The notes below the pieces were generated by a model. That model worked only from the letters and a program-made list of their open reading frames with translations. It was not told the origin of the DNA and made no database searches. A stretch of DNA of 64,000 bases from Moniliella sp. 'wahieum' (Eukaryota): NCBI GenBank assembly GCA_003971905.1, contig RSEE01000011.1, positions 186,001 to 250,000 of the forward strand, in the 5' to 3' direction. The position numbers and the translations under genes are program-made. Below, one piece after another: positions 41,124-52,612 of this stretch (position 1 is the first letter of the stretch; each line of letters opens with the position of its first letter).

Positions 41124-41495
41124 TGTTAGAGTATGGCCTGATCATGCACTCACATGCCATTGCCTTCTGCGGCCAAGCCACTGGTATGCGGAAGTCTCCT
41201 CATTGCTTCGCCTCTCGAGCGCCTCGGGCTGGTTATCCCTTGCGCGCCTCCTTCCCTTTCCTTTCTCTTCTCCCGGTTGCACACAAGGTCGGACTAGCGT
41301 CAGGAGCTTAGAATAAGCCATCCCTGACTGTTTCCTATCTTTCCTTGCACAGTGCAATCGTCCTTAGCTTGGTAGCGTAGCTACTTCTCAGTTAACGGAC
41401 AACCGCGGTTCTGGGCTCTCATTGGTGTGACCGATTCATTGCGCTCACCCATTGATCGCCTAGTCTAGTGCATCGCCCTAGCCCCCAATCTTTCA
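41124..41495 (+). repeat. 5' LTR (about 372 bp)
   Basis: TGTTAGAGTATGGCC...CAATCTTTCA; by eye it differs from the 3' LTR by two C/T substitutions and one indel. Confidence 0.97.
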
Positions 41496-41506
41496 TGGTA
41501 GCTACC
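41496..41506 (+). promoter_or_regulatory. Primer-binding site, initiator-Met tRNA-like (TGGTAGC...)
   Basis: Abuts the 5' LTR; first 7 nt match the Ty1 PBS TGGTAGCGCC. Confidence 0.65.
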
Positions 41507-41564
41507 GAGCGTCTTGACCGAAGTCCGATCTTGCACTAAGTGCAATCATCCCTTCATCCCTTCG

Positions 41565-41760
41565 CCTACTTCCCTCTCCACCTACTCCTCTCTCCGCCTA
41601 CTCCTTTCTTCGCCTCCTCCCTCCTTCGCCTACTCCTCCACCTACTCCTCTCTCTCCGCCTACTCCTTTCCCAGCCTACTTCCTCTCTCGTCCTACTTCC
41701 TTCTTCGCCTACTCTTCTCCCCGCGTATCTCACTCTCCGCCTACTCCTCACCCTACCCTT
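41565..41760 (+). repeat. Pyrimidine-rich CCTACT(C/T)C tandem array in the retrotransposon leader
   Basis: About ten degenerate CCTACTCCTC units between the PBS and the gag ATG. Confidence 0.8.
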
Positions 41761-41823
41761 TACCCATCATCCCTTTCTTCCCACCTCTTCCCACCCACCA
41801 CCCTACTCTTTGACTCTCCCAAT

Positions 41824-42242
41824 ATGAATAGCGACAACGAAGCCGACAATCAGGTGGCCCTGCCGGCCCCGACTGCTCAGGCTCCCCCATGATGGTCTGG
41901 CCGCAGTTCATGTTCCTGCGCAAAGGTCACCACGACGACGATTACCAACGTGTTCTTATGGCCCTCCCGCACCTCGCCTACGGCGATGCGGTGGTTGAAG
42001 AAATTGCACGCTGGGACAATGTTGGCAAGCCGAAGGCAGGCTCGCCTGTGCCCGATGACGGTTTCGAATGCGAGGTGGCCGATCTTGTTCAGTACTGCGT
42101 TGACGAGCTGCACCAAAGTCGTATCACGGCAGAGGAGCTGTTTCTTGCAAAACTCCTGGCTACGACTCGCCGCAAGGACACCCTGGATGGTCTGAAGACC
42201 CAGCTTTCCCTACTGGTGAATATTCTTCGCGGCCCTGATGCT
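41824..42242 (+). CDS. gag: Copia gag, 5' part
   Basis: ORF following the leader; ...NILRGPDA is cut exactly at the transposon TIR. Confidence 0.7.
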
Positions 42243-42329
42243 CACTGAGCCGAGGCTCCAGGTATTCCGCGGTGATTCCGTACCCCTTCCGTGGTATTCC
42301 GTAGTATTCCGTAGTTTGGATTCCGTGGC

Positions 42330-42560
42330 ATACCGTGCCCGTTCCGTACTTCTTCCGTACCACTTCCGTACCTCTTCCGTACCTCTTCCGTACCACTTCC
42401 GTGCCCGTTCCGTACCACTTCCGTACCCATTTCGTACCACTTCCGTACCACTTCCGTACCCGTTCCGTGCGCGTTCCGTACCCGTTCCGTACCCGTTCCG
42501 TACCTCTTCCGTACCTCTTCCGTACCTCTTCCGTACCTCTTCCGTGCCCGTTCCGTGTTC
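42330..42560. repeat. Subterminal tandem array, about 12-bp unit CTTCCGTACC(A/T)C
   Basis: Read directly; the same core occurs in the TIR and, inverted, at 46850-47040. Confidence 0.9.
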
Positions 42561-43284
42561 ATACTGTTGTATTCTATGGGATAAGTGCGCCCCTCCATCT
42601 TGAAAAAAAAGTGAGAACGAAATCCATAGACACACCACACAGGTTAGAATTTTTTTTCAACCACGGAAACACCACAGAACTCCACGGGTTACCAAGGGTT
42701 ACCACGGGTTACCACGGAATGGAAATGGCGTCCTAGGGTTACACTAGGGTTAGCTTATAAGCCTTAGGGTTAGCTTATAATGCAATGTATCGGTACAGGG
42801 TTCATTGCTCAATACTTTGGGGGCCTATATGCGGCCCTCACTAGCCTCATTGGCAGTTGTGTTACTTTAGATCCTTTAGATATATGGGACATCTCTGTTG
42901 GGCTAATAGTGATTGTATTACTAAGGTGTGCTACGGGAGGCAAGCAAGGCAAGGCAATACTGGTGGAGAAGATGCAGTCAGGCCTCAGGCCGTTAATCAG
43001 GGAAACGCAGCGTGAAGGCGCAACAGGAAGGGGCAGAACAGGCAGAATGGGGCCGCCTCGCGCGCAAGTTCCATCCACACAGCAATCGATCGTACCGTTG
43101 CTTGATATCACAAATGGTGGCATGCTCCCTTTGACATGCTATCGGTAATTCTCACTGCGGAAGTACGGGTTAACATACCAAGCACATCAGAGGTTGATAT
43201 ATGATACCAACATGCATACCATGTAAGTCAGTGCCCAAGCATGTAAGTACCCACTTGTAGGAAGAGGTTAGTACCCAAGAAGCA

Positions 43285-43387
43285 GATCAGTACTCCCAGC
43301 AGGTCAGTACCAGCAGCACAGGTCAGTATACCCAGCAGGTCAGTACACCCAACAGCAGGTCAGTACACCCAGCAGGTCAGTACACCT
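43285..43387. repeat. Minisatellite CAGCAGGTCAGTAC(ACC), about 5-6 units
   Basis: Read directly from the sequence. Confidence 0.85.
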
Positions 43388-44373
43388 AGCAAAGACAGTA
43401 CTGTGACGATTGGTTGGTCGCCAACAGGACAGCAGGCATCAGTTGTTGAGATGCCGACAGATCTTTGGTTAGCACCTTACCCCAGTTTTGTCTTCGGTTG
43501 GTCTGCAGGAAAGTGTGGAAATATATAGTGATAGGCATGTCGGGAAGGCGGTTGTTAGGGGGAAGAGGAGACCGGTGTGGAGGGGGGGGGGGGGGGGGGG
43601 GTATATATATCATTCAACTGTGAAAGGGGCGGTAAGAGGAGGACTGATGCAACAAGAGCAAAAGCAGTGTGGTTCTGGTGGGAAGGTGCACAGACCAGTA
43701 ACGCCGACGCACGGACCCCCCACAGCTCAGCATATTAGCCCTGCGCTGTGCGTGTGGGAACAGCCCCTGGCAACCTCCGCAGCATACCCACACGCCACCG
43801 AGCTCCGAGAGCTCCTGGCGCCTCAAAGAGCTCTAAACGTACCATTTATTACGTCCCAACAGTCCTGCTGAGCCACCGGGTGGCCCGTGCTTTTGCCAAC
43901 GTCCCTTCAGGTCCTCCTCAAGCCGGCCTAGGAGTTCCGTTTTGTTTCCTCCCTCCTGGTTGTCCTTGGTCCGCAGTTTTGCCCCTGGTGGCGACTCGCT
44001 GTCTGAAGCTTGATGCTCCTCTGTAGGGGTTGCTGGTTGACTTAGACCACCATCACCACCACCACCATCAGTGCGATTGTATCACCCTCGAGGACCATCC
44101 AGACTCCAGGTTTCATCAAAAGTCCACCCATCCGAGGGCCGGCACATGTACGCTCCTGTGGAGTATATACTAGCCGTGTGCGATGCGGCAAAATGAGGCC
44201 CCGGGAACGTCCGCGGAGCTCCAAAGGAGTACATATCACCCTCTGGCCCTCATGATGGTCCACTCTCCACGTCTTCGCCAGGTTTTCCCCTCGGTCCTCT
44301 CCATCATCATGTCCGCCTCCTGGTCCGCCCCCTGGTCCGCCCCCTGGAGTCGTTTACTCTTCAGACCACGGTA

Positions 44374-45952
44374 ATGTACAACATCGCTGACGCTAAAGCA
44401 CAGCAAGCACATCTATGGCAAGTGTGTCCGGCGAGCGAGCGTGCCGCCCTTGCGATATTGTTGGGCGCAAGAGGCATGGGGGTGGGGTATATTGGCCAAC
44501 GACAACATATCCCTCTGAAATTTGCCCGCTGCTGGGCGGACGAAGCGATGATATTGATACCATCCATTCTCCGTTGCGCATACCCGAAGACTGGGTCAAA
44601 CTGCAGAGTACAACGCACAAGAGCTTGAAGACCATGGGTCAGTCGCAAGCCAGAATTGTTTCAAGGCAGATACAGGATGGCCGACATTACCTCAACCTGA
44701 AAGCGCCTCTCATCATCATATGTGCCCTTCCTTTCATCCTGTTGAGCCCATGCACACCACCTTTCTCAATCTGAGAAGAACGGTCTACGTGATCCAAGAT
44801 TGCCCATACATTTGGGTGCCGCCCATGTTGACCTTTTTAACGAGTTTCAGATGAAGTGTGCGTCCTCATTCCCGAAACAGTTGTGTTTCTTATACTGATT
44901 TGAATGAGCTAACCTTGAAACACAGGTCGATTAGGTTTCTTCCTTCTTCGTTTTGTAGTGGAGTGCCTCGTTCGATTGGTTCTGCTTGTAACAGCGGCAT
45001 GCGCATGTTTGAGATTGCAGTCAATATGAGTTGCATGCTTTATCCGTTCGTCAAGTTGCATTATCTGCCTCAGCAGATACTCGATCTGGTGGGAGCGTGA
45101 TGCTTAGGCTGTTTGTCAAACGGAAAATGTATGCTGCCGACGTCGAACGTCTCCGAACAACGGCCCTGCCATTTTCAACGGTTTCACGACTTCACTGTTC
45201 CAAACGGTCTGAACGAAGAGATCAACCACATTCGATCTCGGTGCACAACACTCTTCATTGGGCTGACAACATGTGGAGATACGGCAATTGGCAGGCGATA
45301 TGGACCGCCCCGGCAGAATGGGAACAGGGATGGTTGGGCCGCCATATCCGTTCGTTTACCAAACCGTATCCTGTCCTTGCTAACGAGGCGAGCAGGAGGA
45401 ACCAGGATAACTTGGTTGGCATTCGCATGGATTCCATGCTCCCCCAAGCTATGACCACACTTTCGGTTGGGTTGAATCACAAACGAGAAGCTATTATTGA
45501 TGGGCTCGATGGTGCAAGGGGGGATGCGGCGTTGCTGCGCTCGTTCAACATTGACCCTACCGCCCATTTATCGATCTGGGCAGTAGCCGAGTGGGGGCCA
45601 AAAATGAGAACAGGCAACGTGTTCGAGGGCAACAGGGTCAGAATGCCTCGTCCCGTCTAGGACACTGTGTGCAACTACTCACAACAAATGCAGGCATTGT
45701 ATAGCAATTGGCGCACGATGGGCACTTTTCATGTTGATTGACTACTACATTGGGGTGGAGACCGATGAAGCGGGCTCCGAATACTACATTGTTGGTAGAA
45801 CTCATCCGATTGATGCTGAAGGTAATGCGTCTCTACCACGCGATGAACAAGGCTTTCACAGAGCGACGTTCGCATCAGTAAACAACATTGTCGTCCCACT
45901 TGCCGACATTGGGTGGGTCATGGGACACATACCCTTGAGAAGGAAGTTCTGA
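44374..45952 (+). pseudogene. Truncated, frameshifted CACTA-type transposase (central and C-terminal part)
   Basis: ADAKA...ACRPCDIVG...YWP; PVEPMHTTFLN; HWADNMWRYGNWQAIWTAPAEWEQGWLGRHIRSFTKPYPVLAN, resembling the CACTA H..D.I...GP....W....ER..G.L motif. N-terminus not found. Confidence 0.7.
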
Positions 45953-46479
45953 GTTCGGATGCATAGCACGAATTGCAGCGGATGACGACGTTTCTGACGA
46001 GGAGGTTTGGATTTACCCTCACCCATTGGGTGCCGAACTTGGTGTCTGACAAAAAACACTATAAGTGTTGCGTGTGCCAAGGTACATTTTATTCCCGAGG
46101 AAAAGAGAAGGGCAAAACAATATGCGTGCTGCCTTTGTTGGGTACTGTTTTGTTGGTGAAACGAAACGGAAATCAAATGGAGATCGGCATCAGAAATGCA
46201 CAGTGGAACTGGAAGCTATCAAGCACTGGGATCGATCGAAGACGAAGGCTCACGAGCAGAAGCTGTTGGCATAGGTGCAAAAGAGACACGCAGAAGACTG
46301 CTATTGTAGGTGTATAAGGTGCTAAGCGCTCTTAATAGCCTTGAAAAGGATTGAGTGAGAGTGCTGCTGCCCTTTTGCACTCTACCATTTTTTCTCCAAG
46401 CCCAACGCCGGGCTAACGATTCTTCTTCCGAGTGTGCTCCCAAGTCGCACGCTCGCAAGTGTCAGTGTTGGCGAAGGGG

Positions 46480-46689
46480 GAACGGTGGCTAAGGTGGCGA
46501 AGGTTCCACGGTGGCTACGGTGGCGACCAAGCACCAGCTGGGGCTTCGCGTCGGCCCGGTGGTCTCCTTGTGGGTGATAAAAACCCTCCAGCGTGGAACG
46601 GTGGGCCGGTGGCTACGGTGGCGAGCAAGCACCAAGCACCAAGCTGGGGCGAAGCCCCTGGCCGGGCCGTAGGCCCGGTGGTCTTCTAG
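46480..46689 (+). mobile_element. Tandem Helitron-like 3' termini
   Basis: Hairpin CCGGGCC-GTA-GGCCCGG, 7 nt, CTAG (46686-46689), then T; a degenerate upstream copy ends CTTG-T at about 46570. 5' TC end not located. Confidence 0.55.
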
Positions 46690-47087
46690 TGAAATTTCAT
46701 TACTTGATTGCCAGGTCGAAATTTTTGCACGCTCGCAAGTGTTGCTCTTTCTCAACATTTCATTGCAGTAATGAAATTTGATTACCGATTGCCAGGTCGA
46801 GATTTTTGAGCCTGACTCTTTCCTTGAATTTCTAGCCGCCTCGCAAAACCCACCACGGAACACTCCGACATACCGCGACATGGCACGACATGTCGCGGAC
46901 TACCACCACATGTCGCGGAATACCACGGAACACCACAACATACCACGGAACGAAAAAAATCAAGAACCCGATGGCCACGAAATGACACGGATTCACCACG
47001 ACATACCACGACATACCACGACATACTACGGAATACCACGGAAGGGGTACGGAATTACCGCGGAATACCTGGAGCCTCGGCTCAGTG

Positions 47088-48542
47088 AGTATCATCGATC
47101 CCGTGCGTCCTATTTTCGACTTTGTCAAGCTCGGCGTCCCCAAAGACTCGCCCCTCTACAAGGCCCAACGCGACGGCCTGGCTTGGGCAGATTTGGACCG
47201 GGATGCGGCTGCTGCATTCACCTCGGGCCGCTCTGAGTGGCACCTTCCTGCCCCTGACGTGGAAACTCGAGTCACTGCCCGCCGGCCCGCGCTGTTGTGG
47301 TTGAAGAGATGTCCGAAGAGGCTGAGATAGGCAGCTCCGATCGTTCTCTTCCCGCGACCCGGCTGCCCACTGTATCCGCCAGCCCACGGGGGCCCTCCAT
47401 GCCCGGGACTCGTTGCTGCCGGCTGCCCCCCCGAGCAAACCTCGTTCGTTTACCCCCTTTGATGGGGCGCGCCGCAAGCCTGCCAAGTTTGCACCCACTT
47501 TCCAAGGTGATGCAACACCGTGCTGGGCATATGACTCGAGTGAATGCACCCAACCTATAACGGCAGATGACAAGGACTACAATCGAGCGGTGAACGATCT
47601 TATCAAGGCGTATACTAAGGCTCAGAACGGCGTTTCGGGCATGGGCACAGCCTATGTCTTGCTAGATCTCCAAGCTGGAAATGTGGTTGCTTGGCTTCGC
47701 TGTCTCAAACTCCGCACGTCGGGCGTACATGGTGTTTGGCCTATCATCTGTGGCAACGCGGTTGCTGTGGACAATGGCTTTAAGGAGAAGGTTTTTATGC
47801 TGATTCTTACCACTCTCACGGCGGAAACTGATGTGCGTCTCCAAGCCTATGACAGCAAAATGCTCATGCATGAACCCCACCAGGTATTGCTACCCTTTTG
47901 CGGCTAGTGGGACACATCGGCTAATGCAGGCACCATCACCACTCGCCTGGCCGCTGCTCGCTGGAATCCATGCGCGACACAGCTGCGGCGGCTTTGGCTC
48001 GGTGGTACCAGCTCGTCCTAGAGTACAATGTCCTCAGGGATTGCAATTGGACCCCCGACCTGTTTCATGACGCCCTCAGAGATTTTTTCAAGGGAGCAAC
48101 TACACCCCCATTATCAGAAATGGTGTACCGCGCTGGAGCTCACCGCCAGTCGATGCAGGCCATGAATACGCTATGGTGGGATGTGAATAAGCTTGCAAGC
48201 GACCGCCTGGACGTGGAATCGATTCCGCTACTGGCACGGCACGACGACGAAGCGATGCGGGTCGAGGCGAGTGCACCCAATAATGGGGTCTCGATCTTGC
48301 GTGTGGACAAGGCGTCTGCCCTTTGTCGGCGGTGCGGTGGACGTGGACACTTTGAACGTGACTGTGCCACGCCTGCCCCCGACCAAGGGAGCAACACCAA
48401 GGATTTGATTGCGCCGGGCACCAGGGCGAACCGGCGTGGTCCTTTGCGGGCGGGGGCGCGGCAGGTCCACTTTGACAATGAAGGCGGGGACACATCGGGG
48501 GATGATGGCATGGTGTCTGCCGAAGAGGATCCCTCTGAATAG
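47088..48542 (+). CDS. gag: Copia gag, 3' part with zinc knuckle
   Basis: Resumes SIIDPVRPIFDF in frame with the 5' part; CRRCGGRGHFERDC (CX2CX4HX4C); ends at TAG 48540-48542. Confidence 0.85.
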
Positions 48543-48588
48543 GGACACGCGCGGGGTTGCCTGGAAGTTCACCTGAACGTCCAGCTGA

Positions 48589-51500
48589 GCAGTCTGCTCA
48601 CTAAGCGACCCGAGCGCGCACCCAACATTCAGTCCCCACCCCCCAGCATGTGGTGCCTGTATCCAAGCCCTGTTCACCTTTGACAGTGGCGCTGCAAAGA
48701 TGCTGGTCAATGACAGCCGTCTGGGGCAGGGATTCGTCCCTCCGACGGAGTCAATGGAAGTCGTAACTGCCAACGGCGCTCGCCTTCCCATCACTCTTGT
48801 GGGCGGCCAAGTCCGCATTCTCCATTTCAATTCCGACACGCATTGTTGGGAAGCCCTCCTTCTCCGCAACTTGCATGTCGTTCCAGGACTGATTTCAAAT
48901 TTACTCAGTACTCAAAGCATCGCGGCCGCGGGCGGCTGCACTTCTTTTGCAAGCGGGCGCGTAACCTTCCAGGCGGGCGACGGTGGTCGTATTGTCGTCC
49001 ACACATCCACCAGCTACCCTCAGGCTCGGGTATGGGTCTGCCTCGACTCTTGCCCGGTGGCAGGCCCCGTTTTAGCCTTTGGCGCTGCAGCGAGTGGCAG
49101 CTATCGGGTGCTGCCTGGCTCTGGCATTTGCGCTTCGCCCACGCTGGAGCCGAAGCATTACGACCACCGCACAACACAGCGAGGGAGGCGTGTGGCCTCG
49201 AACCTTCCCCGAGTTTCCCAACTGCGACGTGTGCCAGTCTGCCAAAGCGCAAGCCCAACGGGGGAATACCACTCGGCCCTGCAGGAACGCTTAGAGCTGG
49301 TGTCAGCTGACCTCTTCGGCCCGGTTAATGAGCGGGATGCTATTCAGAGCAAGGTGCCTTGGCTCTATGTTCTCGTCGTGGTTGACAATTTCACGGGTAT
49401 GTCTTGGTGTCGACTGCTTCGCGACAAATCCGAGGGGGGGCCGCAACTTATTGCATGGGCCAAGCAGGTCCAACAAGAAACGGGGAGGTGGCCCCGGGAA
49501 GCTCGGGTAGATCAGGGTGAGCTCTGGTCAACCCTCGTGAAGGACTGGGCAGCATCGGTGGGCTGTGTTCTGACGGCGTCTCCCACGCAAACTAGTACGG
49601 GGAATGCTGTTGTTGAACGCATGAACAGGGAGCTTGAGAAGCTGGCTCGCTGCCTCCTGCGTCAATCTTCCCTTGCTGGACGCTATTGGCCGTACGCTGT
49701 GTCGCATGCCTCATATCTCCACAATCGGCTGGCATCCAAGTCACGTCACTGGCACAGCCCGTATGAGTTATGGTATGGACGGCCACCGGATCTGTCGAAA
49801 CTGCGGGTGTTTGGCTGCCACTGCTGGGTCGTGCTGCATGGGAATACCGTCGGGACTGGGTTAGAGGGGAGGATCTCACTAGCAAGTACTTCTCCTCTCG
49901 AGCCGTACGTGGTCAATACCTCGGTTATGGTGATATGCCAGGGCAGGTCAAAGGGCATCGTGTCCTCATCCCTTCTTTGGGCGATCGTGTGGTCTGCGTC
50001 TATGATGTTCACTTTGCCGAACAGGATTTCCCTAGTGATGACGCTCGCTCAGCAACCTTCCCGGCGCGTGACTACGCCCGGGATCTTCCGGCTGACCCAC
50101 TGGCCCCACCGGAACCAAATGTGGCGCCCGAGCCCGTACCTCTCCCCCGATGGCACGACCTCCCACTTACCAACGGCAGATGCCCGAACATGTCTTTGCA
50201 CCTCCTGGTCTGACGACGCCTGCCCCGGTTCCTTTCCATGCGCAGAATGGTCAGCGTACCGCCATGCCTTGGCCCAGCTCTCCCAGGCGGTGGGGGGCGA
50301 TCCGATCCTGAATGATGAAGTCCCGAGCACCGATGCTGAGCAGTTGACGGCAAGTCTTCTCGTGGAGGTCAATGCGGTTGATCTCATGGTCCAGCATTGT
50401 GCCCCCGGGGATAGCGCCCCTGAAGTTGCGTTTGGGTCGGATGGTCCAGCAGGAGGTACTTTGCAGCAGGCCTGGGATACGTTTCTCTGTGCCATGCAGG
50501 TGGCCCAGGAGGACATCGCGCTACGAGTGCAGACCGAGCGCAGCGCCGATGGTCAACTTTTGGAACCTCTGAGCTATGATGAGGCGATGGCCCGCCCCGA
50601 ACGTGATGAATGGCGCACGGCGATGGAGGCCGAAATTCACCAGATGGAACGGCTGGGGTCTTCGAGCTCGTTCCATGTCCCGATGGTGTCCCTATTCTCC
50701 GCTCGCAATGGGTTTTTAAGGCCAAGCTTGACGATCAAAGGCGGATTGTGCGGCGCAAGGCTCGGCTCGTCGCTGATGGTCGCGGCCAAGTTGAGGGCAT
50801 CGACTTTGATGCAGTCTGGAGCCCAGTTGTGCGACTCGAATCGATCAAGGTCATTCTTGCTCTTGCTTGCCGCTATGGTTTGCATGTGCATCAAATGGAC
50901 GTTGAGGCGGCGTACTTGCACGCGGACATTGATCATGAGGTCTTTATGCAAGTGCCCCCTGGGTTCAAGTCGCACGCCACTGCAGGCAAGTGCTGGCGGC
51001 TATTGAAGGGTGTTTATGGTACCCGGCAAGGGGGCGGTGCTTCAATCGGCACTTACGTGGGGTCCTGGCATCTTTGGGGTACCAAGCTCTTGGGTCTGAG
51101 CCGTCTGTGTAGTGCGTGGCAGTGGCAACACCCTGGTTGGCGTCGCTGCCTTTGTGGATGACACCTTATGGTTTGCGCCGGAGCTGCCTCGCCTTCTCTC
51201 TGCCAAGAAGCAGTTTGGGGAGAAAGCTGCCAGTGACGGATGGCGGGCCTGTTCACTACATGCTTGGGATCAAGATTGGCTATGATGTGGAACGCGGAAC
51301 CTGCTCGTTCAGCCAAGCAGGCTACATTGCCGGAGTCCTGGCTTGCTATGAACAAGAATCACAGCCCGGATCTACGCGACCCTTGGTGATGGCGGTTTAT
51401 TCCCTCGCACGGATGGTGAGGCTACTGCTGCTGAGCGCAAGACATATGCTGCACTGGTGGGATCGCTGGGGTATGCCGGTTAACACACGGCCCGATATTG

Positions 51501-52095
51501 CTTTTGCTGTGGGCACCTTGGGGCGTTTCTTAGCCAACCCTTCTCCTGACCATCTTCAAGCGGGGACCGGGTCCTGCGCTACCTTCGTCACACGGCGGCC
51601 TACTGTCTGCACTTCAAGCGGGATTTGGACGCGCCGGTACTACAGGGATGGAGCGACTCGGATTGGGGAGGCGATCCGTCTATGCGGCGCTCTACCTCCG
51701 GCTATGTGTATCGTGTATGTGGCAACACCGTCTCGTGGTCCAGCAAGCGGCAGGTGCCGTGGCTGTCAGCTCGGTTGAAGCGGAGTATATCGCCCTCGCC
51801 CATGTGGCGAAGGAGCTGCTCTGGCTGCGCATGCTCCTTATCGAGTTGCTACCTCATGCTTCCGTGCAACCTAACCTTCTCACTGATTCGGTCGGGGCCC
51901 GTCATCTCGCTGAGGGACAAACTGTGCACAAAACGCTCCAAGCACATTGACCTTCGTCATCATTTCCTTCGTGAGCTGCTGGAAACAAGGTTTTACTCTG
52001 GCTACGGTAGGACTGCCAACCTGGCTGATCAGTTTACCAAGCCTCTCAATGGTGCCCTCGTGAGGGCCGGGGCCCTTGATCTGGGGCTCCATTGA
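48589..52095 (+). CDS. pol: Copia pol (protease, integrase, reverse transcriptase, RNase H), frameshifted
   Basis: PR FDSGA; IN WHLRFAH..CDVC, SADLFGP, VVDNFT, RVDQGE, NAVVERMNR; RT WVFKAK..KARLVADG, QMDVEAAYLH, FVDD; RH WSDSDW..RRSTSGY, SSVEAEYIA, KHIDLRHHFLRE, LADQFTK. Confidence 0.96.
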
Positions 52096-52241
52096 TCTAC
52101 TTCTCATCTTTGGTTTTGAATTGCGTTTCCGACTCGGTTCAAGGCGCGTCTCTCGTCTCCGTCTCTTATATTTTTTTCTACTCGACGCGTCTCTTTTCTT
52201 CTTCCTTTGGTCTACTTACCTGTGGCATGTCCGAGGGGGGC

Positions 52242-52612
52242 TGTTAGAGTATGGCCTGATCATGCACTCACATGCCATTGCCTTTTGCGGCCAAGCCACT
52301 GGTATGCGGAAGTCTCCTCATTGTTTCGCCTCTCGAGCGCCTCGGGCTGGTTATCCCTTGCGCGCCTCCTTCCCTTTCCTTTCTCTTCTCCCGGTTGCAC
52401 ACAAGGTCGGACTAGCGTCAGGAGCTTAGAATAAGCCATCCCTGACTGTTTCCTATCTTTCCTTGCACAGTGCAATCGTCCTTAGCTTGGTAGCGTAGCT
52501 ACTTCTCAGTTAACGGACAACCGCGGTTCTGGGCTCTCATTGGTGTGACCGATTCATTGCGCTCACCCATTGATCGCCTAGTCTAGTGCATCGCCTAGCC
52601 CCCAATCTTTCA
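52242..52612 (+). repeat. 3' LTR (about 371 bp)
   Basis: Near-identical to 41124-41495; preceded by the polypurine tract and followed by TGGTC. Confidence 0.97.

Larger units (their letters stand above)
42243..47087 (+). mobile_element. CACTA/En-Spm (CMC)-type DNA transposon with CACTG termini, probably non-autonomous
   Basis: 65-bp TIRs (42243-42307 and 47023-47087, one mismatch) starting CACTGAGCCGAGGCTCCAGG; subterminal TTCCGTACC and ACCACG arrays; internal transposase remnants. Confidence 0.9.
41124..52612 (+). mobile_element. Full-length Ty1/copia LTR retrotransposon, interrupted in gag by a DNA transposon
   Basis: Two TG...CA LTRs; 5-bp target duplication TGGTC (41119-41123 and 52613-52617); PBS TGGTAGC after the 5' LTR; polypurine tract GAGGGGGG before the 3' LTR; domain order gag-PR-IN-RT-RH. 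Confidence 0.97.

Noticed and set aside
42330..42560. Regular short repeats resembling a CRISPR array or repeat protein (overlapping ORFs 42210-42736)
   Set aside because: No unique spacers, eukaryotic context; these are transposon subterminal repeats whose 12-bp period opens frames by chance.
48548..48618. Hammerhead ribozyme reading of the three-way junction
   Set aside because: The conserved CUGANGA and GAAA core is absent.
41124..52612. RIP-type mutation of the LTR pair
   Set aside because: Only two C-to-T differences, neither in a CpA or CpG context; too few to infer.
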